Source: Patescibacteria group bacterium (GTDB lineage: Bacteria; Patescibacteriota; Patescibacteriia; UM-FILTER-42-10). From it: DNA of 64,000 bases. The notes under the pieces were generated by a model. The model was not told the DNA's origin. It worked only from the letters and a program-made list of their open reading frames with translations, and did not search any database. This document shows, one piece after another, positions 9,807 to 19,281 of the stretch. Position 1 is the stretch's first letter. Each line of letters begins with the position of its first letter. The translations under genes were made by a program, and so were the position numbers. The stretch covers positions 244,465-308,464 of the forward strand of contig JBAYKW010000001.1 of NCBI GenBank assembly GCA_041664365.1, written 5' to 3'.

Positions 9807-10637
9807 CTAAAATAACGTTCCGTTTTTGTGCTTTCGTTCTTTTTTCTTAACAATTTTAGTTTCAACTGGCCTAATATTTGCAACTGGAGTGACCTTGATA
9901 GCTGCATCTCTATATCGACAATAATCACAATCCATATTTGCCTCAGGCAAAACTCTTGTGGATAGACACTGGTGAGCTTCTGTAATCGCTGTCTCCACCC
10001 ACGAGTCATTACCTGTATATGGCAAAAGGAATATTTCAAATTCTAATTTCTGGTCAAATGCCTCCCTGTCAGTTTTACCGTTACAATAAACGAAATAACC
10101 GGTCTTAGATACTTTAAAACCGTTTTTTCTTAATAACCATTGGTATATTTCCATCTGCCGTTTATAGCTTTCCTGCCATTCGGCATCAATCGAAATTTCC
10201 CCTTCTTTGGATGTCGCTTTATAATCAACAACGATCAACTCATCGCTTGAGTTAATCCATAAATCATCTATTGCTCCTTTTACCATGAAGTTTGTTGGCT
10301 CATGAAGATATGCCACACCTCCTCTTAACGCATTACGCCAGTGATCAATATCCTGGTGGGCAAAAGGTATCGCGTCGATCCCATAACTTTTCATTAATGG
10401 ATGCTGAGTTCCCTTAGCACGGTGCAAATCAAATTCCTTTTTCAGCAGTGTATCAACTGCAGAGTTCAGGTTAAACGGAAATCCCGGTGGTCTACCAACA
10501 CCCAGTTTGCGATCCAAGTAGAAACAACGCGGGCAGTCAATAAACAAATCGATTTTAGACCGGCTTAGATTAAACGGAATCTTTGAATTTGGATCGAACA
10601 GATTCTTCGAGCGTATGGGGTTATAATATTGTGACAC
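9807..10637 (-). CDS. PD-(D/E)XK nuclease with four-Cys cluster (Cas4/RecB-like)
   Basis: N-terminal CPRC and C-terminal CDYC cysteine pairs, D...VVDYK (D/ExK) motif and QMEIYQW (QxxxY) motif typical of Cas4/AddB-type Fe-S nucleases. Confidence 0.6.
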   Translation of the reverse strand: MSQYYNPIRSKNLFDPNSKIPFNLSRSKIDLFIDCPRCFYLDRKLGVGRPPGFPFNLNSAVDTLLKKEFDLHRAKGTQHPLMKSYGIDAIPFAHQDIDHWRNALRGGVAYLHEPTNFMVKGAIDDLWINSSDELIVVDYKATSKEGEISIDAEWQESYKRQMEIYQWLLRKNGFKVSKTGYFVYCNGKTDREAFDQKLEFEIFLLPYTGNDSWVETAITEAHQCLSTRVLPEANMDCDYCRYRDAAIKVTPVANIRPVETKIVKKKERKHKNGTLF

Positions 10638-10638
10638 T

Positions 10639-13407
10639 TTATTCTTGCGATAGTTGATTAATTACTTCTCCAAGCTCTTTAATTTTTGTGCCGTATATTG
10701 ACCAGTCGCCAACCTTTTGAGCTTCAATAGCAGCATTATATAATTGAGATGCCTGTTCGATAAGACTAATATCTGTTATTACAACAGTATCCTCAACTGG
10801 TTCACTAACTTCGGGAATTATTTCATTACTATCGTTAAATATTCTGCTCAGTGCCAGATCAAGTGTTTCCTCCATTGCAATTTTATTTTCATGGGCGACT
10901 ATTACCCGTTTTAATTCCGGAATTTTTCCGCCTTCTGCTCTCAAATAAATAGGCTGGACATAGATTAATGACTCTTCAATGGGAATAACCAGTAGATTTC
11001 CTGAAATTACTTCCGATCCCCGCTGATCCCACAATGAAATTTGCCTGGAAATTTCAGGATCCTGGTTTATCCGGTTGATTATCTGGTTTGGTCCATAAAC
11101 CAATTTCTGTTTCGGGAACCGATAAACAACAATTTTTCCGTAATTTTCATTATCATTTCGAGCGACCATCCATGCTGCAAGATTATCTTTGTCTTTTGGC
11201 GTAAAAGGCAACATTAATATGTACTCTTCTTTTTCTTCACCCGGAAGTTTCATTATCATATGTCTCATCATCGGATCTGTTTGATCATGTTCCGGCTGAA
11301 CTGGAATCTGCCATGCGTCTTCTTTATTGTAAAAATTCTGAGGTTCTTCCATGTGATATATTGAATATACATTGGTTTGAAACGCGAATAAATCTTCCGG
11401 ATAACGCACATGAGCACGTAAATCATCTGGCATGTCATCCATTGATTTAAATGCCCCATCAAATATTTTTTGATATGACCTGATAATCGGGTCATTTGTA
11501 TCTGAGACATACATATTGGTTTTCCCTGTATAGGCATTGATAGTAATTTTAACTGAATTTCTGATGTAATTTAAATTGGACGAAATAAATGATGTTTCCA
11601 ATGCGACATCTTTTAACCGGGAATCAGAAACTTTTTCCGCGTATGGATATAAATCACTTGTTGTGTATGCGTCATAAATCCATTCTAACCCACCGTTTTC
11701 AGTTATAACAAGATACGGATCCAAATCAAATTTCAAAAACGGCAATAATTTTCTGACACGTTCATCAATATCCCGATACATCATTAATCGTGATTCGGAT
11801 GTAATATCATTAGACAGAAAAAGCTTTGAAGATTTAAATCTTAGGGCGAAAAGAAGTTTGTCAAAAATAGATGATATTTTGATGCCTCCATCCCCTGAGT
11901 ATGTTGAGTAGATGTTATCTTCACCTGATGGATAATTAAACTCCTTGGCATCAGTATTTACGATTACATAGTCATTCGGCATTTCACCGAAGTATATTTC
12001 CGGATTAGCTATTTCTGTTTCTGCTAATGATGATTGCGGCGGGAGGTCTTTTACATATAAAACCGGCAAGCCTTCCTTGGTTACCTCATTTACCGGACTG
12101 AGTGTTAGACCGTACCCATGAGTAAATGTCAGATGCTCATTAATAAAATTCAATTGCGGGAGGTTGGCTGTATTAAGTTCCCTGGCAGAAAGTAATACTT
12201 GTCTTAAGTTTCCACCAATTGTATAGCGGTCATTATCAACGGACAAAAAGTCATAGTATGTCCTTATTTCCTGCAACTGGCTAAATGTATCGAGTAGAGG
12301 GTCGCGGTCCCATAAACGGATATTCTGGATTGTTAATTTATTATCTTCAATATCTTTGCTGGTTAATAATGTTTCACCGGTCAAATCCCTTTTTTCAATA
12401 TTATCAATGCCATACGCTTTTTGTGTTGCACTTATATTGTTTTCAATATAAGGAGTTTCTTTTGCAAATTCATTCGGCAAAACAATAAATTGCTGGACGA
12501 TCTCCGGCACAACCCAACCGCCGACAATTCCGGTTAACAGATATATGCCGATACTGGTAATCATCATTCTGGTCACACTTTTAAAAGCATGAATGAACAA
12601 TATTAAACCGACCAGTAATGCAATCACCGCAGAAATTTGCAATACAGGAATAGCTACATGTACATCAGTATAGCTTGCACCGACGAAATTACCGGTTTTA
12701 CTATATACCAATGACGGTATATCAATTAAATAAGTTTTTAAAGAAATCAACACGAATAACAGTGAAAACAATACTGAAATAAATCTTTTTGCCGAATGGA
12801 TAACGCCGGTTCTGAAAAAGTTTTTCAAACCGCCTCTGATTTGGATTACTCCCAACATAAAGTAAATCAGCAAAGAACCTGCAATACCGATGAATATTAT
12901 TGACTCAAACAACTGGATAATGATCCGGATAAACGGAACCGTAAAAATATAATAAGAGATATCTTTCTCAAACAGCGGGTCAACCGAGTTGAAAGGAGTT
13001 CTGTTCCAGTATAAAAGAATTGTTTCCCAGCTGTTTGCAATAGTAATCCCAATAATTATTGATATAAAAATAGTAAGCGGGATAGTTATTTTCTTTATTA
13101 TCGGACCCGCCTCAATAAGTTTTACTTTCGGGCCCTGTGGTGTGTTAATTTTTACATTAAATGACCTGGATGACGGCGAAAACTTCCGTGCCAAAGTAAA
13201 AATCAAAGAAAGAACCAAAAATACCAGGATTGCCGTACCGAATCCTAAAATTAGTTTCAAAATCAGCGGGGTTGTAAATAGTTGCTGATAACCCACTTCA
13301 TTAAACCAGAACCAATCAGTAATTAAATTTACACCACCTAAAAGAATTATGGCAACTATGAAAAGTATGCCGATTGCCAATAGAACGAATTTTTGAAATT
13401 TTCCCAT
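10639..13407 (-). CDS. Large polytopic membrane protein, UPF0182-like
   Basis: 922 aa; about 7 TM helices in the first 300 residues followed by a large soluble domain, as in the UPF0182/COG1615 family; assigned by architecture only. Confidence 0.4.
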   Translation of the reverse strand: MGKFQKFVLLAIGILFIVAIILLGGVNLITDWFWFNEVGYQQLFTTPLILKLILGFGTAILVFLVLSLIFTLARKFSPSSRSFNVKINTPQGPKVKLIEAGPIIKKITIPLTIFISIIIGITIANSWETILLYWNRTPFNSVDPLFEKDISYYIFTVPFIRIIIQLFESIIFIGIAGSLLIYFMLGVIQIRGGLKNFFRTGVIHSAKRFISVLFSLLFVLISLKTYLIDIPSLVYSKTGNFVGASYTDVHVAIPVLQISAVIALLVGLILFIHAFKSVTRMMITSIGIYLLTGIVGGWVVPEIVQQFIVLPNEFAKETPYIENNISATQKAYGIDNIEKRDLTGETLLTSKDIEDNKLTIQNIRLWDRDPLLDTFSQLQEIRTYYDFLSVDNDRYTIGGNLRQVLLSARELNTANLPQLNFINEHLTFTHGYGLTLSPVNEVTKEGLPVLYVKDLPPQSSLAETEIANPEIYFGEMPNDYVIVNTDAKEFNYPSGEDNIYSTYSGDGGIKISSIFDKLLFALRFKSSKLFLSNDITSESRLMMYRDIDERVRKLLPFLKFDLDPYLVITENGGLEWIYDAYTTSDLYPYAEKVSDSRLKDVALETSFISSNLNYIRNSVKITINAYTGKTNMYVSDTNDPIIRSYQKIFDGAFKSMDDMPDDLRAHVRYPEDLFAFQTNVYSIYHMEEPQNFYNKEDAWQIPVQPEHDQTDPMMRHMIMKLPGEEKEEYILMLPFTPKDKDNLAAWMVARNDNENYGKIVVYRFPKQKLVYGPNQIINRINQDPEISRQISLWDQRGSEVISGNLLVIPIEESLIYVQPIYLRAEGGKIPELKRVIVAHENKIAMEETLDLALSRIFNDSNEIIPEVSEPVEDTVVITDISLIEQASQLYNAAIEAQKVGDWSIYGTKIKELGEVINQLSQE

Positions 13408-13675
13408 TTATTTGTATTTAGCGAAATTATACTGACATTATACACTTATTTCCAATTTCTGTTGATAGTAATGATTATGGGATATTGACAATCCGATATA
13501 TACATGCTAGCGTGCTGCTTACTGGAGGGATGGTTATACATCCGATTCGGGGGATGCAACTTGATGCTGCGGGTTGGAATTTTCACCAGAAAGTTGTTAC
13601 AACTTAAAAGTAGTCAAATTCCACCACGGGTACTTAGGTTCATCTCCCTTTTTTATTACATATATAGACAATCTT

Positions 13676-13684
13676 TGGTATAAT
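13676..13684 (+). promoter_or_regulatory. Extended -10 promoter (TGGTATAAT) for leaderless dus mRNA
   Basis: TGgTATAAT at 13676-13684; the ATG that aligns with the Dus N-terminus is 6 nt downstream. Confidence 0.4.
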
Positions 13685-13690
13685 CTACTA

Positions 13691-14665
13691 ATGCAAAATA
13701 AAAACATTTCAACCAATTTCTGGCAAGGTCTAAAAAGACCATTCTTAGTTATGGCGCCAATGGACGATATTACGGATATTGCCTACAGGCAGATTGTAAA
13801 ATTGTGCGGTAAGCCTGACGTATTATTCACAGAATTTGTTTCCGTTGACGGATTATGCTCTGCCGGAAAGAATCGTTTATTGCATGATCTGAAATTCATC
13901 AAAAATGAAAAACCGATTGTTGCGCAAGTGTTTGGCAGTACTCCGGAAAATTTCACTAAAACTGCAGTTATCATCGATAAACTTGGTTTTGACGGAATTG
14001 ATATTAATATGGGTTGTCCATTCAAAACAATAGAGAAACAGGGTGCCGGAGCCGCGCTGATTAAAAATCCCGCTTTGGCGCAGAAAATAATTGAGGCAAC
14101 AAAAAAAGGGGCTGGAAAGATGCCTGTATCTGTTAAAACTAGAATCGGATACGGCAGGGACAGCTCAAAGATTTGGATACCCGAGCTATTGGAAATGAAT
14201 CCTGCTGCGCTGACAATCCATGCAAGAACACAAAAAGAAAAATCCCGGGTTCCTGCGCATTGGGATATAGTCAAAGAGATTAGCATAAATATCAAACAAA
14301 GAAAAAGTAAGACTGTGCTTATCGGGAATGGTGACGTTGAAAGCGTTGAGGATGCTTTATCAAAGGCAGAAACCTATCGTGCAGACGGCATAATGATCGG
14401 CAGGGCGGTAATGAATAATCCATGGTTTTTTTCCGGGCGTAAGGATACGGAAATCACACGCGAGGAAAGGATTGATCTGCTTTTAAAACATGCCTTGCTT
14501 TATGAAAAATATTTTTCGGGAATAAAGAGGTTCGATAATTTAAAAAAGTTCTATTCTTCATACATTGCCAATTTTGACGAATCAAAAAAACTGCGTATAA
14601 AACTTATGAAAGCGCAGAATTCTGCAGAAATGAAAAAAATTATCAATGATTTTCTAGGTGATTGA
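13691..14665 (+). CDS. dus: tRNA-dihydrouridine synthase
   Basis: LVMAPMDDITD, VAQVFGS, IDINMGCP motifs of the Dus TIM-barrel; start moved from 13574 to the Met that aligns with Dus N-termini and sits 6 nt after an extended -10 box. Confidence 0.8.
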   Translation: MQNKNISTNFWQGLKRPFLVMAPMDDITDIAYRQIVKLCGKPDVLFTEFVSVDGLCSAGKNRLLHDLKFIKNEKPIVAQVFGSTPENFTKTAVIIDKLGFDGIDINMGCPFKTIEKQGAGAALIKNPALAQKIIEATKKGAGKMPVSVKTRIGYGRDSSKIWIPELLEMNPAALTIHARTQKEKSRVPAHWDIVKEISINIKQRKSKTVLIGNGDVESVEDALSKAETYRADGIMIGRAVMNNPWFFSGRKDTEITREERIDLLLKHALLYEKYFSGIKRFDNLKKFYSSYIANFDESKKLRIKLMKAQNSAEMKKIINDFLGD

Positions 14666-15349
14666 GTGTTTTGCTTTAATTATCTTTTCTGCCTTTTCAT
14701 AGCTGTCTAATCTTTTTATTTTAATACCGAATTTCCGCCAGGGTACTTTATAAACAAATGAAGGCAACCAACCGGAGATGCCGGATTTTCTTGGTTTTAC
14801 AGAAAATAATACCTTTGGAATATAAGTGCCGACATACCCTGATTCAAGCATGGTTAACCAGAGATCCCAGTCCTGTAACCGTGCAATATTTACATCAAAT
14901 CCCGGAAAGCAGTTTTTTCTGATTAATGAGTTTGTATGAATATAATTCTTTATATATAACTCTCCCTTATTAAAGGGATACAGTTTAAATATTTTTGCAC
15001 CCCACATAAAATCTGAATAGGCATAAGATGCGTTCTGGTCATGATCCAAGGCATGCTTCATCTCTTCAAGCATGTTTTTATCGGCAATGATATCAGCATC
15101 ACAAAATAGCAGATAATCTCCTATTGCTGACTTAGAACCATTATTTCTTGCTGCATTCGATCCGGAATTAGCCTGATTAATTACTTTAATTCTATCTTTA
15201 TAATGCTCCAAAACAATTTTGGTATTGTCTGTCGAGCCGTCATTTACGACAATTATCTCAAAATCTTGATATGTCTGAGCAAATAAAGAGTCCAGGCACT
15301 GTTTTAGTGCTTGTCCATGCTGATATGTTGGAATGATAATACTGATCAT
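14654..15349 (-). CDS. Glycosyltransferase family 2
   Basis: MISIIIPTYQ ... IIVVNDGSTDNT; convergent 12-bp overlap with the dus 3' end. Confidence 0.7.
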   Translation of the reverse strand: MISIIIPTYQHGQALKQCLDSLFAQTYQDFEIIVVNDGSTDNTKIVLEHYKDRIKVINQANSGSNAARNNGSKSAIGDYLLFCDADIIADKNMLEEMKHALDHDQNASYAYSDFMWGAKIFKLYPFNKGELYIKNYIHTNSLIRKNCFPGFDVNIARLQDWDLWLTMLESGYVGTYIPKVLFSVKPRKSGISGWLPSFVYKVPWRKFGIKIKRLDSYEKAEKIIKAKHSIT

Positions 15350-15403
15350 ATATTGATATTTACTGCTTACATCATAAATCGTATTTCTTTATTTGCATAG
15401 AGC

Positions 15404-15433
15404 AAATTAAAAACTGCGAAAAATATTGCGCAG
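15404..15433 (-). terminator. Candidate terminator after the GT4 gene
   Basis: Minus strand CTGCG-10-nt loop-CGCAG followed by TTTTTAATTT. Confidence 0.3.
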
Positions 15434-15446
15434 TATTCATTGCTGA

Positions 15447-16577
15447 TTACAAAATATCTCTAAATCTTTGAGCTTTTATTTCCCAATTGAACTCAGCTTT
15501 TACACGTGCCATCCCCTGCTCACCAAGCATATTTGCATACAAAGAATCGGTAAGTAAATTTATAACACACTTTGCAATCTCAGCTGGTTTTTTCGGTTCA
15601 ACCAATACTCCTGTTTTTTTATGTAAGACTGCATCACTGACTCCTCCGGAATTATATGCTACAACCGGCTTGCCGAACGCATTCGCCTCAAGATATACAA
15701 TACCAAACCCCTCAACATCGTTATTGGCAAGTATTCTTGTCGGCATCACAAATATATCAGCCAACCGGTACAAACTTGGCAAATCATTCCGTTCGACGAC
15801 ACCGGTAAATGTTACATACTGTTGTAATTCATTCTGATTAATGAATCTTTCCAGCTCAGCACGATAAGGCCCATCAGACGAGATGACATAGTTAATGTTC
15901 GGGATGTGTTTTACAATTTCTGGCAATGCTTTAAGCACATCCATATGACCTTTCCGCTCAATGATACGCCCGACGGTTAGCAATATTCGTTTTCCGCTCA
16001 GGTTGTACCGATCAGATATTTCTCTGCGTGAATCATTCGAATTATTTTCAAGGATATCTGTTCCGGGAGAAATAATAATAATTCTATTATCTTGTATCCC
16101 TAAATCTAATATTTTACTTTTTGTATAGTGACTGACTGTAACTATTTTGGTACTCCTGTTCAATATCTTTTTTGCCAGCCATGTTTTTCTTGTTGACGAT
16201 TCAAGTATTGTAATATCCATGGCGTGGGTTGATACAATATACGGAATTTTAAACAGAAAATTGATCAGTAAAGCCACTGTTCCTACCGGCAGAATTTGCC
16301 CGACAAGGATTTGCTGATAATCATTATTTCTCATTATGCTTGATACCGTCTTTAAAAGAAGTAGCCATTTTGGCCAGATTATTCGCCATGTAGTAAAAAA
16401 TCTGCTTCTTATAATATTATAATTCTGTTTTGCATCAAAAACATCTGAACCACTTTCAATAGTCGTCAGAACAGTAATTTCTTCTCTTGGTAATCGGGAG
16501 CATATCTGTGAAAGATACTCAGATACCCCTCCTATTTTTGGGGGAAAATCAGTTGTTATTAGTAGTGTTTTCAGCAT
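15447..16577 (-). CDS. Glycosyltransferase family 4 (GT-B, group 1)
   Basis: C-terminal EGFGIVYLEANAFGKPVVAYNSGGVSDAV (E-x7-E region). Confidence 0.75.
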   Translation of the reverse strand: MLKTLLITTDFPPKIGGVSEYLSQICSRLPREEITVLTTIESGSDVFDAKQNYNIIRSRFFTTWRIIWPKWLLLLKTVSSIMRNNDYQQILVGQILPVGTVALLINFLFKIPYIVSTHAMDITILESSTRKTWLAKKILNRSTKIVTVSHYTKSKILDLGIQDNRIIIISPGTDILENNSNDSRREISDRYNLSGKRILLTVGRIIERKGHMDVLKALPEIVKHIPNINYVISSDGPYRAELERFINQNELQQYVTFTGVVERNDLPSLYRLADIFVMPTRILANNDVEGFGIVYLEANAFGKPVVAYNSGGVSDAVLHKKTGVLVEPKKPAEIAKCVINLLTDSLYANMLGEQGMARVKAEFNWEIKAQRFRDIL

Positions 16578-18024
16578 TTTTCTTTTTGAATACTGACAAT
16601 AAAACGGCCTTTAGATCTTTTACCGAAACTGCTTTAATCGCAAATATTAATATAACGTAAATAAGTATTCCAATGGGCATTAACAATAAAATTGATAAAT
16701 CATCTTTTAACAAATACAGCAGTATTCCCATCGCAACACTCGAAAATAACAGTTTTATAAACTTGGTAAAAAGCAGTTTCTTGTTATATGGAGCAATCTT
16801 ACCTACCCATGGCATTCCGAGCAGTATTAATACGACTGCGCTTACTACAGCTGCAATGCTTGCGCCAATATAGGTATGCTTCGGAATCAGTATTACATTG
16901 AGGATAATATTAATTGCCGTCGCAATCCCCATATTTATAGAGTTTATTTTTTGCTTATTGCAGGCGTTGAGAAAATTACCTATGGGGTAATTCAAGAAAA
17001 CAAACACCAGTCCGGAAATAATAATCTGAAACGCAATAATTGATGCCGAGAATGCCGGACCGTAAAGTTTTAATATTATTCTTTCAGCAAGCACGAAAGA
17101 TCCGGTAGCAATCGGCAGACTTACTCCCATCAGATAAATCATCGCTTTTTCAAATGTATGCGCCAGATCATTTTTAGATGTCACAAAATATCTGCTCATG
17201 GCAGGATAAAAACTTGTTGCGACCGCACCAGGAATAAATGTCAGCGACATATTGAATTTAGATGCAATTGAATACCAGCCGACATACTTATCACCTGCCA
17301 TAACGCCGAGCAAAACTTTATCAATTTCATTATTAACTTTAAAAAATATTCCGGCGATTGCAAACGGAATAGCAATTTTCAAAAGCGTACCGACTATTTT
17401 TTTATCCCATTTAATCCTCAAATGAAGCTTTGCTTTATAAATAATTAAGCATAGTGAATAAGTAAAATTAAAAATGCTACCCAGTAAAACTGCACCAACA
17501 ACCCCCCTTATCGATAAACCAAAAACGACTCCGGCGATACCGGCACCAACAATGATTATCTGATATATTGTGAGTCCAATAGCCTCGAAATGCAGCTTCT
17601 GATATGCGCGGAATATCGCATAGAACGAGAATGTAAAGGAATCCAGAATAACGATCGCGACAGCCACGTAGATGACCTGCATCGTGAGAGCGTCTCTGCC
17701 CATGGCAATTGCTGATAAAATGATAGCCAATGCAACAATACCTGAAAATAATATTTTAATCCCTAAGACTGACGATAAATAATCCTTTGCCTTTTCATAA
17801 TCCCTTGATATCTCTCTTGTTAAAACAGGGCCAAGACCAAACTCGATAAAAAGCGCGAAGATACCAGCAAAAGACAGCGCCCAAACGTATTTACCGATAC
17901 TGTCACTGCCAAGCTGGCGTGAAATATACGCAAAATAAAAAAAAGACAGAACCTTTTGAAAAATAAAGGCTCCTGTCAATAATGTCGTATTTCTGGCTAT
18001 TCTGCCATTTGAAGATATCTCCAT
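16549..18024 (-). CDS. Wzx-like oligosaccharide flippase (MOP superfamily polysaccharide biosynthesis protein)
   Basis: 491 aa, about 12-14 TM helices, adjacent to GT2/GT4 genes. Confidence 0.55.
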   Translation of the reverse strand: MEISSNGRIARNTTLLTGAFIFQKVLSFFYFAYISRQLGSDSIGKYVWALSFAGIFALFIEFGLGPVLTREISRDYEKAKDYLSSVLGIKILFSGIVALAIILSAIAMGRDALTMQVIYVAVAIVILDSFTFSFYAIFRAYQKLHFEAIGLTIYQIIIVGAGIAGVVFGLSIRGVVGAVLLGSIFNFTYSLCLIIYKAKLHLRIKWDKKIVGTLLKIAIPFAIAGIFFKVNNEIDKVLLGVMAGDKYVGWYSIASKFNMSLTFIPGAVATSFYPAMSRYFVTSKNDLAHTFEKAMIYLMGVSLPIATGSFVLAERIILKLYGPAFSASIIAFQIIISGLVFVFLNYPIGNFLNACNKQKINSINMGIATAINIILNVILIPKHTYIGASIAAVVSAVVLILLGMPWVGKIAPYNKKLLFTKFIKLLFSSVAMGILLYLLKDDLSILLLMPIGILIYVILIFAIKAVSVKDLKAVLLSVFKKKNAENTTNNN

Positions 18025-18034
18025 TGAAAATAGA

Positions 18035-18538
18035 TTATCTTTTTGCCCATTGTGGGGCTCTTCTTGCTTTCTTTAAACCGTATTTCTTTCTTTCTTTCAC
18101 TCTTGGATCACGTTTCAGGAAGCCCGCTTTCTTTAACTGTGATCTCAGTTCTGGGTTATACTTTTCCAGTAATCTGGCAATACCCAATCTAACACTTTCA
18201 GCTTGACCATGCTTGCCACCACCCAGCACTCTGATAGTGATTTGTCCTGGATTCAGACTAACTAATTCAAGTGGCATTCTGACAATTTTCTGTAAATTTG
18301 CAGTCGGAAAATATACCTCCATCTTTTTATCATTAACTTCCATTTCGCCATCTTTTTTCTGATACAGTCTTACTCTGGCAATAGATGCTTTTCTTCTACC
18401 AACCGCAAAAAGATAGTCACGTTTAATCACTTTCTTTTTTTCCACTACAACTTCTTTACTCACTGCAGCCTTTTTCTTCGGTCGGCCTCTTTTTTTTGTC
18501 ACGGGACTTTTTTCAGTTGGCTTCTTGGTAGGTGTCAT
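18035..18538 (-). CDS. rpsI: 30S ribosomal protein S9 with about 37-aa Lys-rich N-terminal extension
   Basis: C-terminal ...ERKKYGLKKARRAPQWAKR and GRRKASIARV core; extension contains KKRGRPKKK. Confidence 0.9.
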   Translation of the reverse strand: MTPTKKPTEKSPVTKKRGRPKKKAAVSKEVVVEKKKVIKRDYLFAVGRRKASIARVRLYQKKDGEMEVNDKKMEVYFPTANLQKIVRMPLELVSLNPGQITIRVLGGGKHGQAESVRLGIARLLEKYNPELRSQLKKAGFLKRDPRVKERKKYGLKKARRAPQWAKR

Positions 18539-18543
18539 ATTTG

Positions 18544-18921
18544 CTATTTTTTAAACTGTATATTTTTTAGCATTCTTGGACGTAGCTTGTTCTTCGGTAG
18601 CATATTTCTTACAACTTTTATTATAAGCTGTTCCGGATCTTTTTTAAACAATTCATCCATATTTTTTGTGGTAATACCGCCCGGATATCCGCTGTATTTG
18701 TGGTAGAGCTTATCGTTCATTTTATTGCCGGTTGTTGAAACTTTACCTGCATTAGAAACAACTACGACAACGTGCGCCAGTTTTTCCGGCGAAAACGAAA
18801 CAAGTCTCTTTCCTTGAACGGAAAAAGCAATATCAGAAGCAACTCTGCCGATCGATTTTCCTTCAGCGTCTATTCTGTATATGTGTGGCTTTGGTACCAC
18901 TGTATTATTTTTCTTTTTCAT
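18544..18921 (-). CDS. rplM: 50S ribosomal protein L13
   Basis: IDAEGKSIGRVAS ... VVVVSNAGKVSTTGNK ... MLPKNKL pattern of L13; upstream of rpsI as in the conserved rplM-rpsI pair. Confidence 0.85.
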   Translation of the reverse strand: MKKKNNTVVPKPHIYRIDAEGKSIGRVASDIAFSVQGKRLVSFSPEKLAHVVVVVSNAGKVSTTGNKMNDKLYHKYSGYPGGITTKNMDELFKKDPEQLIIKVVRNMLPKNKLRPRMLKNIQFKK

Positions 18922-19273
18922 TTTGTAATACTAATTCAATTCTTACTGTAGGAGCATTATCTCCCTTTCTGTTGCCAATTTTCGATATTCTGGTATATCC
19001 GCCCGGTCTCTCCTTAAATCTTGCACCTAGCAGAAAAAGCTTTTTCACTGCCTTTTCCGTATCCAATGACTTCATTATAGTTCTCCTATTAACAACATTT
19101 TCTGTTTTAGCTAATGTAATCATTTTTTCTACGTAAGATCTAAGCAGTTTTGCCTTGGTTGCTGTAATTGTCAGCTTTTCATGCAAAATCAAACTCTGAG
19201 CCATGCTATTCATTAAAGCTTTGCGTGGTGACTTTTTACGATCTAAAATTCCTTTTGCTTTTTTATGTCTCAT
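18905..19273 (-). CDS. rplQ: 50S ribosomal protein L17
   Basis: MRHKKAKGILDRKKSPRKAL ... GGYTRISKIGNRKGDNAPTVRIELV. Confidence 0.9.
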   Translation of the reverse strand: MRHKKAKGILDRKKSPRKALMNSMAQSLILHEKLTITATKAKLLRSYVEKMITLAKTENVVNRRTIMKSLDTEKAVKKLFLLGARFKERPGGYTRISKIGNRKGDNAPTVRIELVLQNEKEK

Positions 19274-19281
19274 AAATTCAT

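Noticed and set aside
9686-10039. 117-aa minus-strand ORF overlapping the 3' end of the Cas4-like nuclease gene and the upstream intergenic region
   Set aside because: Lies in an alternative frame of a confidently called gene; low-complexity, Ile/Leu-rich composition typical of AT-rich frame artefacts
13500-13650. Possible tRNA or SRP RNA in the GC-rich island
   Set aside because: No acceptor/T-arm (GGTTCRANYCC-like) pattern could be built on either strand. The AAGCAGC-like stretch is too short to call SRP RNA; kept only as an unexplained GC island in the findings
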